DNA from: Malacoraja senta
Taxonomy: Eukaryota
Length of the DNA: 64,000 nt
Assembly: GCA_038087875.1 (NCBI GenBank)
Contig: CM075988.1
Location: 3,224,001 to 3,288,000, forward strand
Direction of reading: 5' to 3'
Positions 49,150 through 59,140 of the stretch are shown here, piece by piece (position 1 is the first letter of the stretch; every line of letters begins with the position of its first letter). The notes below the pieces were generated by a model. It had not been told where the DNA came from, ran no database searches, and saw only the letters and a program-made list of their open reading frames with translations. The position numbers and the translations under genes were made by a program.

Positions 49150-49925
49150 ACTCATACAGTCATGGAGCCATAGAGGGATACAGCATGGCAACAGGCCCCT
49201 TCGGCCCAACTTGCCCACAACGGCCAACAATGTCCCAGCTGCACTAGTCCCACATACCTGCACTTGGTCCATATCCCTCCAAACCTGTCCTATACATGTA
49301 CCTGTCTAACTGTTTCTCAAACGATGGGATAGTCCCAGCCTCAACTACCTCTTCTGGCAGCTTGTTCCATACACCCACCACCCTTGTGTGAAAAAGTTAC
49401 CCCTCGGATTCCTAATAAATCTTTTACCCTTCACCTTGAACCTATGTCCTCTGGTCCTCGATTCCCCTACTCTGGGCAAGAGACTCCCTGCATCTACCAG
49501 ATCTATTCCTCTCATGATTCTGTACACCTCTATAAGATCACCCCTCATCCTCCTGCATACCATGGAATAGAGAACCAGCCTACTCAACCTCTCCCTGTAG
49601 CTCACACCCTCTAGTCCTGGCAACATCCTCGTAAATCTTTTCTGAACCCTTTCAAGCATGGCAATATCTTTCCTATAATATGGTGCCCAGAACTGAACAC
49701 AATATTCCAAATGCGATCTCACCAACGTCTTACACAACTGCAACATGACCTCCCAACTTCTATACTCAATACTCTGACTGATGAAGGCCAAAGTGCCAAA
49801 AGCCTTTTTGACCACCTTATCTACCTGCGACTCGACCTTCAAGGAACCATGCCACCTGTACTCCAAGATCCCTCTGCTCTACAACACTCCCCAGACGTCT
49901 ACCATTTACTGTCTCGGTCCTGCCC
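49150..49925 (-). mobile_element. CR1-type LINE 3' fragment
   Basis: ORF 49345-49866: SLKVESQVDKVVKKAFG...LEYCVQFWAPYYRKD...RRMRGDLIEVYRIM...TRGHRFKV. Confidence 0.92.
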
Positions 49926-50112
49926 TTGTTCGGCGTCCCATAATGCCTCCGCTCGGTCCTCTTTGTTCACCCGTGGTTGGGGCCTTTGAGCCCTCCGCAG
50001 GCGCCGGGCGGCTCGATATTCAAGCCCTCTCGCCGGGATGATCGGAGCTATGACATTGGAACGGAAAAACACACTCAGCTGCTTGGAATTTCCGAATCGG
50101 GCGCTTCCTACC

Positions 50113-50525
50113 GGAGTTTTTCCAAAGCTAAAAAATGGTAAATTCTTGAGTGGCCAAGTCAATCACACGATCTGAACCCAATTGAGCATGCCTTTTATAT
50201 GCTGAAGAGAAAACTGAAGGGACTGGCCCCCAAACAAGCATAAGCTAAAGATGGTTGCAATACAGGCCTGGCAGAGCATCACCATAGAAAACACCCAGCA
50301 ACTGGTGATGTCCATGAATGCTAAGGATTGCATGCTAAGGATATACAACAAAATACTAAACATGACTACTTTCATTTACATGACATTGCTGTGTCCCAGA
50401 CATTATGGTGTCCTGAAATGGGGGGACTCAGTATAAACACTGCTGTAATTTTTACATGGTGAAACCAAAATGTATAAAAATGGCCTTTATTAAAATCTGA
50501 CAATGTGCACTTTAACCACATGTGA
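50113..50525 (+). mobile_element. Tc1-like transposase C-terminal remnant plus part of the right TIR
   Basis: ILEWPSQSHDLNPIEHAFYMLKRKL (WPSQSPDLNPIE motif carrying the catalytic E) and AIQAWQSIT..TQQLVMSM. Confidence 0.88.
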
Positions 50526-50563
50526 CTATGTTTATATATACATACACTGAACTTTGTTCCAGT

Positions 50564-51751
50564 GTAGACAAAAGTGTTGGAGAAACTCAGCGGGTGCAGC
50601 AGCATCTATGGAGTGGAGGAAATAGGCAACGTTTCGGGCTGAAACCCTTCTTCAGACTGATGTAGGGTGGGACGAGGGGTGATGGGGAGAAGAAAGTAAA
50701 AAGGAAGAGGATGGGCCCGAGGGCTGAGGGAGAGCTAGGAGGGCAGGAGACAGCAAGGGCTACTGGAAATTGGTGAATTCAATGTTTTATGCCACTAGGG
50801 TGCAGACTGTCCAAGCGGAATATGAGGTGCTGCTCCTCCAATTTCCGGTGGTGCTCACTCTGGCCATGGAGGAGGCCCAGGACAGAGAGGTCGGATTCGG
50901 AATGGGAGGGAGAGTTGAAGTGCTGAGCCACAGGGAGGTCAGGTTGGTTATTGCGGACCGAGCGGAGGTGTTCGACGAAACGATCGTCAAGATTATGCTT
51001 GGTCTCACCGATGTAGATCAGCTGACATCTAGAGCAGCGGATGCATAGATGAGGTTGGAGGAGATGCAGGTGAACCTCTGTCGCACCTGGAACGACTGCT
51101 TGGGTCCTTGAATGGAGTCGAGGGGGGAGGTAAAGCGACAGGTGTATCACCTCTTGCGGTTGCAAGGAAAGTGCCCGGGGAGGGGATGGTGGGAAGGGAA
51201 TAATTGACCAGGGAGGTACGGAGGGAGCGGTCTTTGCGGAAAGCAGACAGGGGGGAGATGGGAAGATGTGGCGAGTGGTGGGGTCACGTTGGAGGTGACG
51301 AAAATGACGGAGGACTATTTGTTGTATGTGACGGCTAGTGGGGTGAAAGGTGAGGACTAGGGGGACTCTGCCCCTGTTACGATTGGGGGGATGGGGAGAG
51401 AGAGCAGTGTTACGGGGTATGGAAGAGACCCTGGTGAGAGCCTCATCTGTAGTAGGGTAGGGGAACCCCCGTTCCCTGAAGAATGAGGACATTTCCGATG
51501 CCCTGGTGTGGAACACATCCTGGGAGCAGATGCGGCGTAGACGGAGGAATTGGGAGTAGGGGATGGAGTCCTTACAGGAAGCAGGATGGAAAGAAGAGTA
51601 GTCTGGATAGCTATGGGAGTCAGTGGGTTTATAGTGGATGTCGGTTAGAAGTCTATCACCTGCGATGGAGATAGTGAGGTCAAGAAATGGTAGGGAAGTG
51701 TCAGAAATGGTCCCAGGTGTATTTGAGTGCTGGATGGAAGTTAATGGTGAA
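50564..51751 (-). mobile_element. Penelope-like element 3' ~1.2 kb (RT C-terminus, GIY-YIG, hammerhead repeat)
   Basis: LPFLDLTI...TDIHYKPTDSHSY..SS.HP...SIPYSQFLRLRRICS...IRCSRCQLIYIGETK..L.DRFVEHL. Confidence 0.92.
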
Positions 51752-52650
51752 GCGGTTCCTGCCTTCTCCACATACCCCTTGATTCCGCTAGCCCTAAGAG
51801 CTCTATCTAACTCTGTTTTGAATGCATGCAGTGAATCGTCCTCCACTGCCTTCTGAGGCAGAGAATTCCACAAATTCACACTCTCTGTGTTAAAAAGCTT
51901 TTCCTCATCTCAGTTCTAAATGGCCTACCCCTTATTCCTAAACTGTGGTCCCTGATTCTGGACTATCCAACATCGGGAACATGTTCCTGCATCTAGCGGG
52001 TCCAATCCCTTAATAATTGTATATGTTTCTATAAGAAACCCTCTCATCCTTCCAAATTCCAGTGAATACAAGCCTATTTGCTCCACTCTTTCATCATATG
52101 ACAGTCCCGGCATCCGGGAATTAACCTCCTGAACTACGCTGCACTCCCTCAATAGCAAGAATGGCCATCCTCAAATTAGGAGACCAAAACAGCACACAAT
52201 ACACCAGGTGTAGCCTCACCAGGGCCCTGTACAACTGAAGAAGGACCGCTTTGACCCTATACTCAACTCCTCTCGTTATGAAGGCCAACATGCCATTAGC
52301 TTTCTTCACTGCCTGTTGTGCCTGCATGTTTACTGTTCAGTGACTGATGTACAAGGACACCCAGGTCTCGTTGTACTTCCCCTTTTCCCAACCTGACACT
52401 GTTTAAGATGATAATCTGCCTTCCCATTCTTGCCACCAAAGTGGATAACCTCATATTTATCCACAATAAACTGCATCTGCCATGCTTCTGCCCACTCACC
52501 CAACCTGTCCAAATCACCCTGCATCCGCATAGCATCCTCTTCACAGTTCACACTGCCACCCACTTTGTGTCATCTGCAAATTTGCTAATGTTACTTTTAA
52601 TTCCTTCATCTAAATTATTGATGTATATTGTAAATAGCTGCGGTCCCAGC
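51752..52650 (-). mobile_element. CR1-type LINE fragment (RT C-terminus to 3' end)
   Basis: MQGDLDRLGEWAEAWQMQF..DKYEVIHFG, AVKKANGMLAFI, LWNSLPQKAV. Confidence 0.9.
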
Positions 52651-53134
52651 ATGCCCTGGGGATTTATCCAACCACCTGTCACCCCCATCTCTCTTGGTTT
52701 TGTGCTCACCCACCAGCCCCCACCTCACCCCTCCCTCTCACCTCTAATCTGCCACCTTCCCTCTGCACTCTCAGTCCTGACGCAGGGTCTCGACCTGAAA
52801 TATTACTCTAGCATTTTGTTTCTGGCTCCTCTTTGTATTAATTGGTTAGGAAGGGACATCAGATATTAGTTTGCAACAAAGGTAGACACAGAATGCTGGA
52901 GTAACTGGTAGTCTGAAGAATGGCCTCAACCCGAAACGTCACCATTCCTTCTCTGTCCCGCGAGTTACTCCAGCATTTTGTATTAATTGGTTGTTACGCT
53001 ATTCCTATAACTCCTGAACGATGTCCCATGCCTAACAATCATTAACCGCACTATTCTGAATTTATCTATTCCATCTCTATCTTTTGGGTTTTGTGCCTTA
53101 AAGGAGTATATTGCTTGTGCAACATATAATTAGC

Positions 53135-53655
53135 GAGACCAAGCTAAACACGTCCGCTCAGTCCGCCTAGATCTCCCAGTTGCCAAACACTTTAACTCCC
53201 CTCCCAATCCCACACTGACCTTTCTGTCCTGGGCCTCCTCCACTGTCAGAGTGAGGCCCCACGCAAATTGAAGGAACAGCTCCTCATATTTTGTTTGAAC
53301 AGCTTACACCCGAGTGGTATGAATATTGACTTCTCTAACTTCAAATAGCCCTTGCTTTCCCTCTCCCTCCATCCCTCCCCCATCCCAGATCTCCGACTAG
53401 TTTGACTGTCCTCCTGATTAAATTTTACATTGTATGCCTCGTGGTCAGCCTCCCCTAGCTAACAAGGATCTGTTCTACATTTTCCTTGGGCTTTGATCTC
53501 TCGTTTTCACACCTTACTCTTCCATATCTCTAATTTCCCTCTCCCCTAACTCTCAGTCTGAAGATGGGTCTCGACCCGAAACGTCACCCATTCCTTCTCT
53601 TCAGAGATGCTGCCTGTCCCACTGAGTTACTCCAGCTTTTGGTATCTTATCTTCA
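53135..53655 (+). mobile_element. Penelope-like element 3' end
   Basis: GIY-YIG C-terminal coding remnant (..VAKHFNSPSQSHTDLSVLGLLHCQSE..RKLKEQLLIF) followed by the tail and hammerhead repeat. Confidence 0.85.
53558..53585 (+). ncRNA. Minimal hammerhead ribozyme motif in its native PLE 3' context
   Basis: CTGAAGA-T-GGGTC-TC-GACCC-GAAAC-GTC, about 210 nt downstream of the GIY-YIG stop codon. Confidence 0.65.
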
Positions 53656-54220
53656 ACATATATATTACTTCTTTAAATGCCAATCCTACTTTACCTGCTA
53701 TCATACCTATCAACCCAGTCAGCCTCCTCTAACATTCCTCACGTACTTTCATCGTTTCCTTGGTTTACATTTCTGGCGCTGGTATTGTGTTGCACTGTGG
53801 GTTGCTTGTTATTTGATCACACTGCCAGAGGCAATAGTGGTATCTGACATAGTCACCACATTTACGAGCTGTTTGGCACTTACAAGACAAGGCAAAGAAG
53901 GACACGGACCTAATACAGGCAAATGTGATTTGTGTAGATGGAGCCAAAAGGGCTAGCATGGACACGAAGGGCCGTTTTAGTGCTGTACAGATCCGACCCT
54001 CACGTTCAAGCACAGTGTAAAACTCCATTATATGATGGCCACCATTCCCCTAGGCTCCTAACCAACAATATCATCAATTAACCCTTTCTCATTGTCTAGA
54101 GGGCAGAGCTTTCAAGTGAGAGGGGTGAAATTTAAAGAAGTGTGGGGCGTGTTTTTTTACATGGAGAATGGTGTGCGTCTGGAACCACCACCAAGGGTGG
54201 TGATGGAGGCAGGTATGAAG

Positions 54221-54684
54221 CAGTAAACCCTCACAATAATGGAAGATAGACGCAAAAAGCTGGAGTGACTCAGCGGGACAGGCAGCATCTCTGGAGAGAA
54301 GGAATAGGTGACGTTTTGGATCGAGACCCCTCTTCAGACACCCTCACAATAACGGACCTCTATATAGTGAATTTCGGTTATAGGGAGCTGTGGCTCCCAT
54401 TGCACCCCCCCTCCCCACCGAGCTGGCGTCATGTGGCAGGAGCTTCCTGTTGTAGGAGGGGAGAGAGCGATGGCAGGAGTATCAGAGTCGTCACCGCGCA
54501 GCGTGTGTGGGCCCGGTGTCTCTGCGGCCGGCTCCCCGGCTGTTTAAACCCTATCCCCCAACACCGCGTTTCTTCCACCCCGCCTTGGGTTGAACTTCAC
54601 TCCCCTCGCTCGGTTACAGCGGACCAACGGCAATAACCGTCACCACTTTCCCCTCCCACCCACCATTATTGCCAGGGTTCTCTG
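54221..54684. mobile_element. Probable old Tigger-like MITE with a PLE-derived insert near its left end
   Basis: CAGTAAACCCTCACAATAA ... TTATTGCCAGGGTTCTCTG imperfect TIRs; TA flanks not preserved. Confidence 0.45.
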
Positions 54685-55299
54685 CAGCAGCATTTCAGAT
54701 ACTTTTCGACGTGCAGGTAATGGAGGGATTTGGATCATATGCAGGCAGAAGGGATTAGTTTATCCTGGCATCTTGTTCGGCACGGACATCGTGGGCTGAA
54801 GGGCAGTTCCTGTGCTGTAGTGCTACATACCATGTTCCTTGCACTAAATGAGTTCCAAACTGCCCTGTTCCCAGTCAGTTCCTCAACCTACTGATGTAGC
54901 AATTTCAGGTAGTCCCTGCTTTCTCCATCTTTCCCCTCCCCTTCCCAGCCCTTCCACAGCCCACTGTCTCCACCTCTTCCTATCTTCTTCCCGCCCCCCC
55001 ATCCCTCATCAGTCTGAAGAAGGGTCTCGACCCGAAACTTTTACTTTTTCCTTCGCTCCATAGATGCTGCCTCACCCGCTGAGTTTCTCCAGTATTTTTG
55101 TCTACTTCGATGTAGCAAACCAGACACTTTTCATTCTATGAATTCATATTCCTATTTATTACAGCTAGTTTGATTTGCCCAGTCTAACTAGGGGTAAAAG
55201 TCTTGTATGATTACTGTAGTATCCTTTTACACACACCTTTGATGGTGATGCATTCCATGCCAAGTGCAACAAATAATATTTGGTTGCTGGTAAACAGAA

Positions 55300-56310
55300 A
55301 ATGTTATTGGTGAATTGGTTTATTTTTGTCATCGAGATGCAGTGGAAAACTTTGTGTGTTATCCAGTCAAATCATATCATAAATGAATACAATCAAGCTA
55401 TGCATAAGTACAGCAGGTAGTGCAGAATGCAGAATATCGTGTTACAGCGCTACAATGTTCGAGTTACAGAGAAAGTGCAAGGTATAAAAAGAGCAGGGGC
55501 CACATGAGTGTGTGGGAAATAACTACAGATGATGGTTTAAACTGAAGATAGACACAAAATGCTGGAGCAACTCAGCAGGTCAAGCAGCATCTCTGGAGAG
55601 AAGGAATGGGTGACGTTTTAGGTCAAGACCCTTCTTCAGTCTACAATGAGGCAGGTTAGGGGATCGGGCTACACTCTTGGCTTCTGAGAGGTTTGTTCAG
55701 TCGTCAGGTGGCAGTGGGGAAGAAGCTGATCCTGAATCTGTGGTACGTGCTTTCAAGCTTTTATATTTACTGCCTGACAGGAGAGTGGAGAATTAGGACT
55801 AACCAGCGTGTACTGTGATTATGTTGGCTGCTTTGCCAAGGCAGCATGGACTGTAGACGGAGCCAGCCGATGGCAGGAGTGGATGCTGGTTTGTGTGATG
55901 TCAATAGACAATAGGTGCAGGAGTAGGTGCATTCGACCCTTCGAGCCAGCACCGCCATTCAATGTGATTATGGCTGATCATCCCCAATCAGTACTGTAGA
56001 CGGAGTGTAGACAGAGCCGATGGCGGCAGTGGATGCTGGTTTGTGTGATGACCGCAATTCGTTTGCGGTTTCTTATGGTCTAAGGCAGAGCTGTTGCCAA
56101 AGCAAGCTGTGACGCATCCCATGAGAATACTTTCCTACAGTGCATCTGTAGAAGGTGGTAAGAATCGTCGGAGACATGCTGAATTTCCAAGTCTTCTTCG
56201 GAGATATAGGCATTGGTGTACTTTCTTGGCCATAACCAACATTGTGGTTGGTCCAGGATAAATTGTTAGTGATATTTACACTACGGAGATTGAAGATCTC
56301 GATGTTGGCA
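55300..56310 (-). mobile_element. Rex1/Babar-like LINE 3' ~1 kb, interrupted
   Basis: VNITNNLSWTNH, ILTTFYRCTV, and a SFFPTAT-type C-terminus with UTR. Confidence 0.65.
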
Positions 56311-58228
56311 CCGTTGACACTGTATACCACCATTGGCACCGTATACCACTGTTGGCACTGTATACCACTGTTGACACTGTATACCACTGTTGACTACTGT
56401 TGACTTCACTAAGGAAGACACAAACAATCTCCCAGATGTACTGGAGGACAGAGGATCTAAGGGGGTAGAGGAACTGAAATAAATTTTCATTAGTCGAGAA
56501 ATAGCATTGGGTAGGCTAATGGGACTGAATGATGATAAGTCCCCTGGGCCTGATGGTCTGCATCCCAGGGTCCTCAGGGAGGTGGCTCTAGAAATAGTGG
56601 ACGCATTGGTGATTATTTTCCAATGTTCAATCGATTCAGGATCAGTTCCTGTGGATTGGAGAATAGCTAATGTTATCCCACTTTTCAAGAAAGGAGCGAG
56701 AGAGAAAATGGGGAATTACAGACCAGTTAGCCTGACCGGTGGTGGGAAAGATGCTGGAGTCAATTATTAAAGAGGTAATAATGGGGCATTTGGATAGCAG
56801 TAAAAGGATTAGTCCAAGTCAACATGGATTTAGGAAAGGGAAATCATGCTTGACTAATCTTCTGGAATTTATTGAGGATGTGACAAGTAAAATGGATGAA
56901 GGGGTGCCAATGGATGTAGTTTATCTAGACTTTCAGAAAGCCTTTGATAAGGTTCCGCACGATATTGGGGGTAGGGTGTTGACATGGATAGAAAATTGGT
57001 TGGCATACAGGAAGCAAAGAGTAGGAGTGAACGGGTCCTTTTCAGAATGGCAGGCAGTGGCGAGTGGAGTGCCGCAAGGTTCGGTGTTGGGGCCGCAACT
57101 GTTTACCATATATATTAATGATTTGGAACAGGGAATTAGGAGCAACACTAGCAAGTTTGCGGATGACACAAAGCTGGGTGGCAGTGTGAACTGTGAAGTG
57201 GATGTTAGGAGGTTGCAGGGAGACATGGACAGGTTGAGTGAGTGGGCAGATGCGTGGCAGATGCAGTATAATATAGATAAATGTGAGGTTATCCACTTTG
57301 ACGGCAAAAACAAGGGGGCAGATTATTATCACAATGGGGTTAGGTTAGGCAAGGGGGAGGTGCAGCGAGACCTGTGCGTCCTTGTACACCAGTCACTGAA
57401 AGTTGGCGTGCAGGTAGAGCAGGCAGTGAAGAAAGCTAATGGAATGTTGGCCTTCATAGCAAGAGGATTTCAGTATAGGAGTAAAGAGGTTCTTCTGCAG
57501 TTGTATAGGGCTCTGGTAAGATCACATCTGGAGTATTGTGTACAGTTTTGGTCTCCTAATTTGAGGAAGGACATCCTTGTGATTGAGTGTGTGCAGCGTA
57601 GGTTCACGAGATTAATCCCTCGGATAGCGGGACTGTCATATGAAGAAAGATTGAAAAGACTAGGCTTGTATTCACTGGAGTTTGGAAGGATGAGGGGGGT
57701 CTTATAGAAACATATAAAATTATAAAAGGACTGGACAGGCTAGATGCAGGAAAAATGTTCCCAATGTTGGGCGAGTCCAGAACCAGGGGCCACCGTCTTA
57801 GAATAAAGGGGAGGTCATTTAAGGCTGAGGTGAGAAAAAACATTTTCACCCAGAGAGTTGTGAATTTGTGGAATTCCCTGCCACAGAGGGCAGTGGAGGC
57901 CAAGTCATTGCATGGATTTAAGAGAGAGTTTGATAGAGTTCTAGGGGCTAGTGGAATCAAGGGATATGGGGAGAAGGCAGGCGTTGGTTATTGATTGGGG
58001 ACGATCAGCCATGATCACAATGAATGGCGGTGCTGGCTCGAAGGGCCGAATGACCTCCTCCTGCACCTATTTTCTATGTTTCTATGTTTCTATGTTTCTA
58101 TTGAAACTGTATATCACCGTGGACACTGTTACCACCATGAACACTGTTACCACCATGAACACTGTTACCACCATGGACACTGTTACCACTGTTGACACTG
58201 TACACCACTGTTGACACTGTATACCACC
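56305..58228. repeat. 18-19-bp minisatellite (TTGACACTGTATACCACTG-like) in two blocks, 56305-56403 and 58101-58228, around a CR1 insertion
   Basis: The same unit family lies on both sides of the CR1 copy. Confidence 0.8.
56404..58100 (+). mobile_element. 5'-truncated CR1/HER1-type LINE, longest copy (RT domain to (TTTCTATG)n tail), frameshifted
   Basis: KSPGPDGLHPRVL, WRIANVIPLFKKG..NYRPVSLT, QHGFRKGKSCLTNL, YLDFQKAFDKVPH, GVPQGSVLGP, KFADDTKL. Stop at 56478, frameshifts near 56738 and 57700, and an in-frame deletion after VPH. Confidence 0.95.
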
Positions 58229-58814
58229 CTGTTTCCTGAAGTTAATAACAAACCAGCACCCCTCCCTCCATCGATTCCATCTACAGTTCACGCTGCCTTG
58301 GCAAAGCAGCCAACATAACCAAGGTACACTGATTATTGCTAATTCCCCCTTCTCCTGTCAGGCTTCATCATGCTGACTTTGCGGGAGAGATTGTTATCTT
58401 GACACCATGTTACTAATCACCCTGCCAATTTTGTTCTACCCTCAGCAAAACACAGAGTGCTGGAGAAACTCAGTGGGTCAGGCAGCATCTGTGGTGGGAA
58501 TGGACAGATGATGTTTCTGGTTGAGACTCTTTCTTCAGACTGATTGTAGTATGAGGGAGAATGCTGGAAGAAGAAGTGGGACAAAGCCTAGCGAGTGATA
58601 GGTGGATGCCGGTTGAGGGGGTGGGGGGTTGATTGGCAGATGGGTGGAGTAAATGACAAAGGCTAGAGGTAAAAAGGAGACAAAAACGATGACAGATAAG
58701 TAAAGAGAGTGAAATGTAAAACCGGAGGAATGGATATAGATGGATGGGAATGGAGACTGGGAGGGAAAGGAGAGGGATAAAAGTGAAAAGTGAAACAAGA
58801 TTCATAGAGGCAGA

Positions 58815-59140
58815 GAGACATAGAGTGATACGGTAGCCCTTCGGCCCAACTTGCACACACCGGCCAACATGTCCCAGCTACACTAGTCCCTCTTGCCCGT
58901 GTTTGGTCCATATCCCTCCAAATCTGTACTATCCATGTACCTGTCTAACTTTTTCTTACATGATGGGATAGTCCCTGTCTCTGGCAGCTTGTTCCATACA
59001 CCCACCACCCTTTGTGTGAAAAGTTACCCCTCAGGCTCCTTTTCCCCTTCACCTCAAACCTAAGTCCTCTGGTCCTCGATTCACCTGCTCTGGGCAAGAG
59101 ATTCTGTGCATCTCTCCGATCTATTCCTCTCATGATTTTG
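58815..59140 (-). mobile_element. CR1-type LINE 3' fragment
   Basis: MRGIDRRDAQNLLPRAGESRTRGLRFEV plus UTR. Confidence 0.8.

Noticed and set aside
50779..51879. 366-aa ORF as a novel CR1-Penelope fusion protein
   Set aside because: It is a chance in-frame join of two truncated elements, with internal frameshifted stretches and no catalytic RT core.
56739..57707. 322-aa RT ORF as an active gene
   Set aside because: It belongs to a 5'-truncated CR1 with frameshifts, an upstream stop and an internal deletion.
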